A stretch of DNA of 64,000 bases from Thelocarpon superellum (GCA_026025795.1 JAPEUG010000054.1:1-64000), one strand, 5' to 3'. Counted from the first letter of the stretch, positions 39,201 to 51,148 are shown. Numbers and translations are program-made. The notes: generated by a model not told the origin, from the sequence alone.

Positions 39201-40930
39201 GCCGTGAGGACGAAAGTCGCGCGCCTGATGCAGGGCTTATCGCGGGAATGGCGGGTCAGGCAAGAGGGGACGTTGGAGTCGGGTGTTGGTGTTGATGTTG
39301 ACGGTCGCGTGGCCGTGGACGGGGCGTGGAGGAGACAATGCGAGCGATGCGCGATTGGCGGAGCGAGGCGATGTGTGTGTGGATGGGCCGATGCAGCTGC
39401 CGTCGCATTGATTCGACCTCGTCGGGGAACGGGGCTGGTCGAGATGTGCTGGCCGCGGTTGACTGCTGATGCTGAGAAGCCCCTCGTGCGTCGAACACCT
39501 GAATTGCCGTGGCGTAAACGATGAGCGACCGTTTGCGAGATGAAAGTTGTGAAGAAGGCCGATCAGCTCGCCATGGCGGAGAGATGGCTGTGCTTTGATC
39601 TTCAAGCTCTCTGTTCCCGTTATCCATCCACCGGTAGAATCATGTTGGTCCGCTCGCTTGGGGCGACTAGTGCCCTAGCTGCCAGGGCTGCCGTTCTGGC
39701 GTACTCGTATGCGGAGGGTGTTTCCAACAAGGCAGCCTTTCCATCCTGAGCTACTACTACGTTAGCAGAAGCTCAGCTTCTGGCAGGAAGAAACCAACAC
39801 TCCTATGATGAAAGGGCTCAAGAGCAAGCAAGGCCTTTGTACAATGCCCGGCCTCCCCTCACACGGAAGCTTCCTCGATGTTGAAGCAGAGGCATCCTCG
39901 CGAAGAGGGTGAAGAGCGTGACTCGAATGAAGCTAGGTCATGGCAGCTGCTCTACGAGTCAGCCCAGCCTGCCTATGACATCAGGCGGCACCACCAGAAT
40001 AAGACTTCTATACGTTCTTCGACCTGGCAATGTACATTCCGGGAATAACGTTCCCCACGGAGAAGAGGCTCCTGATAGAACGCCGTGTCGCAGACCAGAA
40101 TTGCTCGCATGAAGACCGTGAGCGTGTCGGGGCATCCGTGAGCAATTTCCGCAATATTGAGTGTCACGGAGCGCATGTGTCCACTGAGCGTCTGCCGAAG
40201 CATCTCGACATCCCTATTCAAGCTATCACAGTGTCCATGCAGAGAGGCCCAATCATCTCATCCTAAAATCTTGACATGGTTGGTCCCCCATCACACGCGA
40301 GACAGACGTACAGAGGGAGCACGCCTCGCACAAGCTCACTGACGGGCGGATTCTCCTTGGCTTGAGACACAACTTATCGAGATTCCTGGCCATCGTCTCC
40401 TGCAGACAGCCCATGTGCAGGATGAAAGCATTCGTTCGACAAATTGTGTCTTCAGATTCTGGGAATGGGATGATGAAGAAGTTCGGGTACGAGCCGTTGT
40501 GACAGAGGCGGAATCTGCCGAGTCCGTCACGAATTGGTCATCAACAGTAGGCTGGAGGTTACCCGGAGCCCTGCGTAAATTTAGTCGAGGTGATCGACCT
40601 ACCTCCCACCTCAACTCCAAGACTGCCTCCTCTGGATGCGAGATGGGCGACACCGGATGTGATTGCCATCCCTGAGGACAGAAACTGAGCTGTGCGAGAG
40701 CATGCTTACGCTTTTCATACATGCACACTGATGCACCACATGCAAGCCGGTAAGGCGCCACTGTCGGACAGAAGGGCAGGACGAGAGCAGCTGGGCCTAC
40801 GAATCGTACATGGAAAGTACATGTGACTCCCTCTTGAACCTCGCACAGAGGACACGTCTGTCGCAATCTGAAAACAAGGATACAGCGACGTATGGGACGG
40901 CGACATTGAAGTAGCGAGTATGCGGTGGAA

Positions 40931-40979
40931 GACGCACGCGCAGGGGACACACGCGCAGGGGACGCACGCGCAGGGGACG
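40931..40979. repeat. 15-bp tandem repeat (GACGCACGCGCAGGG) x3
   Basis: Three copies (one mismatch) plus a partial copy. Confidence 0.9.
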
Positions 40980-41194
40980 TCAAAGTCAGGGATCGGTCCA
41001 AAACCTGCATTGTGTCACACTCTTCTAGCCAAATGAAAACATCTACAGCTTCCGCCTAGCTGTCCGCTTTTCGTCACGTGTAGTATCTGGAAGCAACAGC
41101 AAATTGGTCTCTTACCCCGTGTGGCGCAATCCTTGCCATTGCTGAGCTCCTTCCACACTCCGCCAAGTGAAGGCGCATTGGTCATTCGCCAGCA

Positions 41195-41953
41195 TCAAAT
41201 CCAATCCTGGTCCTCCTGCGCAAAGGCCGATTGGTTTGCAGCAGGAATCTGGTCCGGAGAAAGCAGATACGACGAAGCGTTGCTGCAAGTCAGGTCCGGG
41301 TTGTAGCTAGGCTGCCGTTCCCCCGTTGCGTTGTTAAGAATGTTGAGATGTGTCCAGATGTATTCGTATGGTGCATCTCCGAATTTCTGAAGATCCCCGT
41401 CCAAGTCAATGCCATCTGGGGCGGTGCCTTGCGTACAATGGAGAGAGGTGAAGTTCAGCCAGGTGGCGGTCCCATTACAGGTGCCCTGGAGGGTAAAGGT
41501 CACGTGGGATCTCGTGATGTTATAGGATGAGTAGCTGATGTTTGCACTCTGGGAGTACACCTCGTACACACCATCAGTCTCAGTGGCTTGCTGGTGCAGC
41601 TGCTGGACGGGGTCGTAGGCGTAATAGGACAGAATCTCGTGACGGAGGAACTCATCACGTAGCATAGTCCGGTTCGAGGGAGCCGAGCGACCGTCGCCGC
41701 TGTTGGGGTGGCTTTGGATGCTGATCCATCTCGTGTCGAAGTAATATCCCATAATGTCATAGAGCTCCTCGAAAGGCCGGGGGACCAGGTGGCCCTTCGG
41801 AGGCGGGGTGATCGGCGTGTCACCCTGACAGAAGGATTTGTCGACTGGCGTCTCCAATGTTGTTTTCACTGCGTTACATTGCTGCAGGGCCGGCCAGTCT
41901 GCCTTGCTTGCAGCGATGAGAGAGAGCATCGCCAAAGAGTTCGCGAAAAGCAT
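41195..41953 (-). CDS. Secreted protein of unknown function (252 aa, intronless)
   Basis: Signal peptide 'MLFANSLAMLSLIAASKA', five Cys, several N-x-S/T sequons, coding-like codon usage. Confidence 0.8.
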   Translation of the reverse strand: MLFANSLAMLSLIAASKADWPALQQCNAVKTTLETPVDKSFCQGDTPITPPPKGHLVPRPFEELYDIMGYYFDTRWISIQSHPNSGDGRSAPSNRTMLRDEFLRHEILSYYAYDPVQQLHQQATETDGVYEVYSQSANISYSSYNITRSHVTFTLQGTCNGTATWLNFTSLHCTQGTAPDGIDLDGDLQKFGDAPYEYIWTHLNILNNATGERQPSYNPDLTCSNASSYLLSPDQIPAANQSAFAQEDQDWI

Positions 41954-44900
41954 CTTGATCGTGAGGTGGGTGGAGAAATGGGCAGGACAGCGGGACTTTG
42001 CAGTTGCGAGAGGACGAGGTCGCTCGGATGTAGACCTGGAAGTAGACAAATCCTGTTCGATGTAGAGCTAGAGAAGAACGTGAGATGACCGGAGTTGCTC
42101 GCCCCCTTATGTACTTCTGCTCACTTCACTTCTCAAGCCAAGGGCGTCTTTGCATGAAACAAAGAAGGCATGGCATGATTCTCTCCCGAAAGTCGGCTTG
42201 GTGCATGAGAGGAGAAAGCATGCCACAGCTGCCTTGATCAAACATGTTGCTGCATGAAACAATCCGTAGAGTGTTATTGGGTAGAGAAGGTAGGTGTGCT
42301 ACAAACACTTGCAACAAGCTTGTCATTGCATGAAACCAAAGTGCAATGCCATGGTGCAATGCCATACTTACCTCTGAGAAGGCCAGTCCATTTGTCCATT
42401 TCGCATTATGCCAGCATCCTCCTGCATTGGGAACAGACCAGGAGTCCTAGCGAGCCATGGCAATGGCTCGCTTGGTCTGGATCATCCGAATCAAGGCGCT
42501 TTTCAAAAGCCGTTTGAGAATTGGAGCTGCGGGCAACGTCTATGGCCGAAAATGATAGGACTGAACGCCATCCTGGCACAGCAATGGAAATTACAACCAA
42601 AATGCCTTTGCGTGTCCAACAACTGAAGACGTCGCTTCGTGGGCTGTCAGGCTCGCGACCCTTGCAGCAGCACAGAGAAGCGAAGATGCTGGGCTATGAG
42701 CAGCTTGGGCAGGTGGACGTTCACGGCAGGACGGTGGGAAATTGAATACTCGGGGTATGCGAGTGGAATATGCATTGAATTCATCCGTGTCATGCACAAG
42801 ATGTCAAAGCGGGAGGATTTTGGTTACGCGTCGTGTTGGAAGATGACATAATTAGCGGTTGATGATGTACGAGGTCACGGCAAATGCCGCTTGAAGGGCC
42901 CGTCACCCCGTGCGAAAAGAGAGTGGAGAACATAGACACGCACTCTCAAGATGATCGCCCGTACTAGTGGGCGCCAGCACTTCGACAATTCACTCGAGCT
43001 CTAGGCCCCTTTGACGGAATACTTGAATAAGAGCTGTCTTCCAGCCCCTTGCTTCACCAAGTAATATGCCTAGTAGGACAAGTAGCTACTGACCGGAGCC
43101 AATGCGCTCAACTCAATATCTTTCAACCACGGTTGAGAGCTGGACACTTACAACCACGTGACGGCCTGAGCCAGAGCTCTTTCTACTAGCCTCTCACTTC
43201 CGCCGGGCGGAATGCCTCCTCACCACAGCGCTCTCGCACGGCACTTGGCTGCACCACCGACGTCCCGCTTGGCTCTTGGACGACATCACCAAACAATGCA
43301 CGAAGTACCTGGACGGCCTGCGACTGGGCGACTTTACGTCTGAGATGAGAAGGGAGGCACATCTTCTGAGTCTCGAGTCTTGTCAAAGGCTCCATGAGTT
43401 CTCCGTCTGCTCCCTTCCGATCTCGGCTTTAGCGATCGCGATTGCCCAGGAGGTGCATTACTTGCCCCGGACATGTCGGCGAAATCTGTCCAACCGCCGT
43501 GTTGAAGCGGACGGACAATGGCATACTTGGTGGAACGGTACGATGAATCATGCGAGGGTGAGAGGGTGAAGAGGCGGGGGGATCGCAGCGTCGAAGTGCT
43601 TCCTACCTCCCGTGCTACATGCCTTGGCCCTTGGTACTCGCACCGATCGCGGCGGGCGGCTTCGAAACGCTACGCTACCTCCCGGATAGCGTCGTGTTCG
43701 AGCTGCGATGTGGTCACGCTAGCGGATGGCGTGCGTCCTTGCGCCACATCCTGTCGTGCGGCGCAGTGCTCCCTACTTTTGACGGCTCGATGTCCGTAAG
43801 CCCCGGAACTTTTGCCCACCGTCCCCGCCGGAGTCTTACTGTAAGAAATCGTCGCCGGGCCGATCTCGTTTACGTTCTCATCGACGATCCCGTCCGCATG
43901 CTGGCCTCGGCCGTGCTGCAGTCCCTCAGCTCTCCTCAAGTCCCGATCACCACCCGCCCACGTCGAGGGCCGAAAGCGAAGGGCGCGAGCGGGAAGGCTT
44001 ATTGCAGCCGTGGATGCCCTCCCGCCAGTCGCACTGAGTCTTGGCCTCCGGCTGCGGCGAAGTGCCGACGCCCCATGGACTGCTTCAAAAACGTCATCTC
44101 CTCACTCTTGCCACGCGCCGAGTGTACTGCGGACGGGGCCCAGCTGTGTCCTCACCCTTGGCTGCATAGGGAGGGGGAATGGAAGACCCACGCGGCGAAT
44201 TGTTGGCCAAGCGCCGAGTCATTGCAGCTGCTCGCTGGATCTGACAACACGATCCTTATGATCAGGAATAGGCCAAGGCCAGAACAATAGGCCCGCGAGA
44301 CAGGATCGTCGTTGTCACGCTGCCGTGCATCGCCGCCCAGTACTTTTGGGCGTGCAGGCGTGATGTCGCTCGCCATCAACAACCAGTCAGAATGACCACC
44401 GAGGGGAGTGGGCGCGAGGAGGGCGGTGTGATGCGGGGGCGGCGAGAGCCGTGGGGCCGGGGGGTAGGGGGAGGGGGAGGGGGCACCGGCCGGCGGGGGC
44501 AAGGAGAGGGTAGAATGGAGGGAAATGAGATTAGGATCACACGTAAAGGGGGCATGCTCGTAGTGGGCCAAGGCGATGTGTGGACGACTGTTCGGCTCCG
44601 AAGCGACGGCAGCGGTCCGGGTCCTACGCATCTGGAATTACTTGGACGATCCGGCTCGTTCTAGCGTTGCTCCGATGACACTAGAAGCGCTGCAGGAACG
44701 ATTGAGTAAGAAGATGACGGGCGGTCGTCCCCGTGGGAAGGGACAGAGCTTAAATGGTTCTAACGGCGGTTGTCGCTGGTCCTTCCCGTGCCCGCTGGCC
44801 GGGATGGGCACCTACGGTCGCCGCTCCGTGCGGTTGGCGATGACCTTGAACCCCAGAGGGCTGGGCTGGATGGCAACTAGCTTACGTTTGTGGATTTCTG

Positions 44901-45582
44901 GTGCACCGAGGAAGAGGGGGTCCTGGTACCGGGCCCGCAATCCCTGGGTCGGGCGGTACGTCCGTCGCCCTCGAGGGGATTTTCGACGCTGACGCGCGCG
45001 TCGACCGGGGACCCCCGGTCGCCGAACTCGCACCGCGGGCACCATCTTGGCCGCACCACGAGCGACCAACCTTAGCTATCCGAAGAATCCTCTCCAACAT
45101 CCCTTCCCCGTCCCCCAGTCCCGACGGAGGCGAAAAGGCTGTTCCGGTTCAGGGCACAACCATGTTGCGTTTGCTGCCTGCTTCCGGCATGGTGGCACAG
45201 CACCGTCTGCCTTAGCGGATCTACACGTGGGGCGTCCCTATAGCATCGCAGTCCATGCGGCGGGTCGAGGCCCACGTCCATTGCTGTGGGCCGTGACCCC
45301 TCCGCCCTTCGGCATTGGTCTGATCTCATGCGCAAGATGGACGTTGTATATAGTTCCGTCAGCTCAATTGTTCTGGTCAAAGGACAGCACCATGTCGCGA
45401 GAGCATCGCGGCGTGTTACTCCCTCTGTCATTCACTTCATGGGTGCCGGAGTCCTACGTCCTGTGGCCTTAGTCCCCGGGATCAGATCTCCCATGTCGTC
45501 CACCTCGTCCCTCTTGGCCTCCTTGTGCTGTGCGAGCTTCCCATCCTCTGTGCCTTCGTTGTCCGGAGCTATTCCCTCACTC

Positions 45583-45621
45583 TCGCCATCGCCCTCGCCC
45601 TCGCCCTCGCCCTCGCCATCG
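45583..45621. repeat. Imperfect (TCGCCC)n hexamer repeat just upstream of the NOS start
   Basis: About six copies visible in the sequence. Confidence 0.85.
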
Positions 45622-45644
45622 TCTCTACCACGCCTGTGCCTACG

Positions 45645-48600
45645 ATGCCGCATCCGCACGCGCAGCTGACAACGAGCAACATGCCCGGCCTGACCCACCT
45701 GAGTACCACCACGAAATGCCCAGCGTTGACCCCCGAGTTACAACGCATCCAGGACAGTCACGCCGTCCTTGCCTCCACCGGTTGCTCCGCGAAATTCTGT
45801 CAAGCGGGTCGTGCGGTCCACACAGATGAACCCCGCGTCGGCGAAAACCGTACCCTAGCCGCCGTGCTGCAGGAAGCCGAAGAGTTTCTACGCGACCTCC
45901 ACCGTGACGGTGTTTTACCTTCCGACGACGCCCTGACCGCGCGTCTCCAACATGTCCGCGAGGAGATATGCCTGGGTGCCATCGACGGCCTCAGTCGACA
46001 GGATCAAGTACAATGCGAGCTGGGCGGAAACTGGACGCAAACTCCCCAAGAACTCGAGTTTGGTCTCCGTCGCGCCTGGCGGAATGCGAGGAAGTGCATC
46101 ATGCGGTCCCACACAGAAGAGCTCAAGTGAGTTGCCTCGCGTCGGCGATCGTGTCCCTACCCGCATTGGCCACCGATGAGGGCGCCAGGCTGATTGCATC
46201 TCTAGGCTCTGCGACTTGCGTCACGTCAACACCAGCGCTGGCATGGCCCGGGCGTTGATCGACGGCATGGTACAGGCCTTCAATGGCGGCACCATTCAGC
46301 CCACCGGTGCGTCGGCCCTTTCAGCTCTGCATCCGGTGGGGGACAAGCGGATGATGGCTGACCTTGTCCGCTAGTTTTTGTCTTTCCGCCCCGCACCCCC
46401 AATAGCCGTGGACCTATGATCTGGAACCATCAGATCCTCGCCTTCGCCGGGGTAAGGGCCTACGTCGCTCGTGCAACCCCATATCAGAGTGCCGCTAACA
46501 GGGGTGATGCAGTATCAAACCGACGACGGCTCAGTGCTTGGTGATCCGAAGAATGTTGAGCTGACCAACTCCTTCATCGAGCTCGGCTGGCTGCCCCCGA
46601 AAAGCCGCAGCCGCTGGGACCTCTTGCCTCTCGTTACCATGGCTGAAGGGGATCTCCCCGTCATCGCCGAGCTACCTGCGAGTCTCCGCACGCTGGTCCC
46701 CATCCGCCACCCTCATTATGGCACCGCCTTCGAGGAGCTGGACCTGAAGTGGGTGCCGTTTCCGGCCTTGACCCGACTCGGCTTCGATATTGGCGGCGTG
46801 CAATACACTGCCGCTCCATTCGTCGGCTGGTATGCTTCCCTCGTCACATCTCCGCCCTGGACTGACTGAGTGCCCCGTACAGGTTCATGGACGCCGAAAT
46901 CGGAGTGCGTAACCTGGGCGACACGAGTCGCTATAACGTCTTACCAGATGTTGTCCGCGTCTTGGGCCTGACGGACGGGAAGCTCGAAGGTGGCGTCGAG
47001 GGCTTCGACGATCTGCCCGAGTATGAGCGACTCATGATGCTGTCACGGGCCCAAGCCGAGCTCAACTACGCCGTGCATTGGTCCTTTCTCCGCGCCGGCG
47101 TGAGCATGTCGGACTCGATGACAGCCTCGACCAAGTGGATTCGCTACGACGACGCCTTCCAAAAGAAGCACGGCTATCGACTGCCGTCAGATCCATACTG
47201 GCTCGCCCCCCCGCAGGGTTCGATCATCCCACTTTGGCACCGCGGCGCCGCGCCGAACTACCAGCCCAAACCTTTGATCGCGCGGCACGTCGAGGACCCG
47301 ATCAAGGCGTGGGGACGCGAGAAGGACGCCTGGTCCGTCTTCACCACACCCTGTCGCACGCTCCCGACGCGGCCGGAAGCGGGCGACGCCACGAACCGCA
47401 TGAACGGTCGCCAGTCGGCGTCGACCGGCTTGAATGTGCGTGCGACGGGCCGGTCCAGTGTTCCGACTCGGGTCGTTCCGCGACTGCAGATTGGGGTGGA
47501 GCGTCATATTACTCGCTCACAGCCGAAGCCGAAGACCAAGATCGTGGTCCGCTTCTGCAGTGAGGGCACTATGGCGGAGAATCTTGCGGGCAAGCTACAT
47601 GGTCGCGTCCAAGAAATGATCAAGGCATCGGATCATGTGGACCTCTGTCCTCGCGTCGAGCCGCTCGACAATGTCGGCGCATCAGATCTCACGGCGGACA
47701 AGATCTTCCTCCTGGTGATCAGCTCCACTGGGCAAGGTGCCATACCCGCCAATGGATTGGCTTTTGCAGCGCTTTGCGGAACTCTTGCGTCAAAAGCCGT
47801 CTCGGACGGTAGCGAGTCCTTCCGATTCGACATCTTCGGCAACGGCGATAGCCGATACTCCACGACCTATAACGGTGGAGCCAGCAAGATGGCCGCTCAT
47901 CTCCGGTCCGTTGGAGGTGTGGCGCTGGCCGGTGGCCTCTTTGAAGGCGACACGGCGGCCCAGGGACTCCCCTTATCGGCACTGAACGCGTGGTGGGACA
48001 CGCTCAAATCCAGCCTGATGGACGTCGTGGGCAAAGGACTCCAAACGCCGAGCTCGAGCGGGAGCGCGAGTAGCAGTATGGGGAGCGGAACGGAGGGGGT
48101 CCTGAGCGATAGCGACACCTCCATGCTGAGCTCCCGATCGTCGGTCACGTCCTTGGACCGCTTCTTCCTCCGTGGACCGGAGCTCCTGTCGCACTTTCGC
48201 GACGCCGTCTTGGTCAAGACTTATCCCGCCGTGCCGCTCCGAGAGCAGGGATCGGTGCGGGTAACTCTGGACATTGGGCTGGAGTCCTACAAAGAGATGA
48301 GCTGCATTCAGATACTGCCGGTGACGTCCCCGGCAAAGGTGATGCGCGCCCTTGATGCGCTGTGTGTCAAGCCTTGGACGCCGGTGGAGCTTGGCTTGGA
48401 CGCGGCCAAGAATCCATCCTATGCTAGATTCTTGAGGGAATACGTGGATCTCGAGCAGCCGTTTGTGGGGATGAAGTGGTGGGACCAGCTCGACGTGAAC
48501 GCGCGCAAGCGTCTGGATCGGCAGACACTACGCGCACGACCGGTGCTGGAGGTGCTCGAACATCTCCAGGCACAGGACGTGCTCACCTACGCGCGATTCG

Positions 48601-49352
48601 ATGACGAGTTCCAGCGGGGGCTATGTCTAGATATGGCGGTCCTCCACCCACGCACCTACTCGGTCGCATCGTCGCTCCGGTTCCTCTGCGCGAATGGGAC
48701 ACACGGCTCCAGCAACAAGGTCGATGTGGTGGTCAAGGTACATCCGCAGGGACGATTCAGCAGCGTCTTCCTAAACGAGGCGTCGACTGGTGCATGTCTC
48801 CGATATCGCTTCGTCGATGGACATTCTGGTGACCGACTTCGACAAGACACGTCGGCGGCGCTCATCATCGTGGCGACAGGTGCCGGGTTTGGCCCGGTGC
48901 GGTGCCTGCTCCAACAACGCATCGCCGTGACACGGGAGCACTTGGCAGCGGGTGGTTCCCTCCCTTCGCGCAAGTCGGCCATCTCGCTCTTTCTCGGCCT
49001 GCGACGCTCCGACGTGGCCATGACGATCCCCGTGGTGCGCGAAGCGTCGTCGTTGAACCTCATCGACATGCTTTCCATCGTGCCGAGCAACGAGAACAAG
49101 ACCCGCGTGCACGACAAGGTGATGTCGGAGAAGTTTGCGTCACACGTGCGACGAAAGTTGTTCGATGGCCTGACGATGGTGTACGTCTGCACGAACCTGG
49201 ACGCGGCCAAGGCGATCGCAGCCGCATTTGATGTCTTGGTCGGCGGCAACGAGAAAGGCATGACAACGCCGTCGACGGCAGGCACCACTACGAAGAAGAT
49301 GAACAAGACGAAGATGATGTTGGGTGAACGATACATTGAGGAGGTCTTCTAG
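45645..49352 (+). CDS. NOS: Nitric oxide synthase-like protein (oxygenase + flavodoxin + FAD/NADPH reductase), ~1148 aa
   Basis: Exons 45645-46126, 46206-46306, 46375-46451, 46513-46829 and 46883-49352 splice in frame. Motifs: 'CSAKFC' (Cx4C), heme 'AWRNARKCIMR', 'WNHQILAFAGY', 'LGDP', 'PFVGWFMDAEIGVRNL', 'DPYWLAPP', FMN 'SSTGQG..PANG' and 'FGNGDSRY', FAD 'PRTYSVASS', NADPH 'ATGAGFGP' and 'YVC', C-terminus 'RYIEEVF'. The start codon is uncertain (45645 or 45681). Confidence 0.93.
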
Positions 49353-49418
49353 GCGTTTTCTATGACCAGGGTATTTCCCGAGCGACTCCAGGAAATCCTC
49401 ATCTGGGGACGGAGCAGA

Positions 49419-49535
49419 AACGGAACGGAACGGAACGGAACGGAACGGAATGGAAAGGAAGAACATGAAGGAAGGAAGCAAAGGAGGAAAGGAGGAAAGG
49501 AGGAAAAGGAGGAACGGGATGGGAGAAAGGAGACG
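49419..49535. repeat. (AACGG)6 microsatellite followed by a purine-rich tract in the NOS 3' region
   Basis: Six perfect copies at 49419-49448, then an almost pure A/G run. Confidence 0.9.
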
Positions 49536-50135
49536 ACAGCAGCATATGACCCCGAGGAGACAAAAGTGCCCTTGCATTTGCATTCTGCATTCCGATGGTG
49601 CATGGGAGTGTACGACATGATAGCGTGCGATAAAGAGGAGAGGACAGAAAAGGAGGTGATCGAGCAGGATCGTGCAATCAATCGCTTGATTCACGGTCAC
49701 TTACGCTGATTACGATCAATTACTCGGACTTGCATTGAGTGAGGAACTGATGAAGGCAATAATTGATGTTTACTTGCCACATGAGCTGATAGGCTGACAC
49801 TGCCGATGCAGGCCGTGACGCGTGTTCCGCCTTCACAGGGGGACGCTGGAGGGTGCACCAACGGAGGATTGTTTCAGGGCCACCATTGACGCGCAATGGA
49901 TCCAGTACTCATGTAAGGACCGGCGTAGCGTGGATGTTTCGTAGGTGTGACGCGGGCATATGGTGATGCATAACAACCAATATTCTCATGCCATATACCA
50001 TGCTACTCCGCATCCTGCACGAGAGATGGGCATCCGATTTTTCTCTTTGAATCGTCTTGTCCATGCTGGGGGCGGCTTTCTAAGATTGTATGCTGGGATA
50101 TCTAACCCAGCTCCCTAAAGGTTGAGACGAGTCCG

Positions 50136-51148
50136 CTAGGATGTTCCAAGCGCCGCCATGCGCTGGAAGCAGTTGGCATAAGCCACGTGCACCTCGGGCA
50201 CCTCGAAGTGATACTCCTTCAACTTCGTCACTAGCTTGGTGGTGTCGAGCTCGCAATTGCTGCGGCCAGCCTTGAGGATCTTGCTCTGTTCCTCGAGTGA
50301 GAAGTTCTTCCACGTGAAGCTCGGTCGGACGTATTGCTTGAAAAGCGCCAGCACCTCGTTGTGCGAGATGGCGCCCGGGTTGGTGAAGTTGTACACCCCG
50401 ATCTCCTTGTGCTCGGCCATCAAGATCGAGGCCGGGAGCAGGTCGTGCAGGATCGTGTTGGAGTTGGGCACGTCCACCACGCGTTCGTACTTGGCGATCT
50501 TTGTCACAAACGAGCGCGGGTGGAGGTCGTCCGATACCGGCATGCGCAGCCTCAGGATGAGACAGTTCGAATACGTCTGCATGATCTGTTTTGCGTGTCA
50601 GGCTCGATGCTCCTGGCTGGCCACGGGCCGATGACCCCTACCTCTTCCACCTTGGATTTGGTGGCGGAGTAGTACGAGCCGGCGAAATTGGCCGGGTCCG
50701 TTTCCACGTAGCCCGGCCCTCCGATCGGATGCTTGTCGTCATAGGCATAGATGCCTGCCAGGTTCCTGTCAGCAATCGAGATGGACGTCCACGGACGGAT
50801 GGGATGGCTTCTCGACTGACAGCCCGTTGCAAAGACGGTGATGTGGATATTCTTCAGAAAACAGCAGTCCGTCAGGTTCAGCGTGCCAATGACATTGCTC
50901 CGAACCGTGGCCTCCTTGTTGTCCTCGCACCAGTCGACATTGGGCCGGCCGGTGCAGCCAGCACAGTTGAGCACATGCGTGGGCTTCACTCGCTCGAGCT
51001 CGGCCAAGACCGACTCGCGGTTCTCCATCCGCACGGTCGTCGAGTGCACCGTCTCGCCTTGTTTGGTCAAGAGCTCCTTGAGGTGGCCAGCCACCCACCC
51101 TGCACCACCCCAAATCAGGAAGATATTGCCTTTGGACGAATCGACCAT
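50136..51148 (-). CDS. Nucleotide-rhamnose synthase / UDP-4-keto-6-deoxyglucose 3,5-epimerase-4-reductase (NRS/ER)
   Basis: 'FLIWGGAGWVAGHL', 'KPTHVLNCAGCTGRPNVDWCEDNKEATVRSNVIGTLNL', 'ATGC|IYAYD', 'GSYYSATK', 'LRLRMPVSDDLHPRSFVTKI', 'YNFTNPGAISHNE', 'RSNCELDTTKL', matching the plant/fungal NRS/ER family. Two introns. Confidence 0.94.

Noticed and set aside
39700..41010. ORF fragments upstream of FCP1, including the 224-aa minus-strand ORF
   Set aside because: Non-ATG or repeat-driven frames with no family similarity I can recognise.
45645..49352. NOS as bacterial or animal contamination, or as a mis-called cytochrome P450 reductase
   Set aside because: It has fungal-style short introns, is contiguous with fungal genes and carries a complete set of NOS oxygenase motifs.
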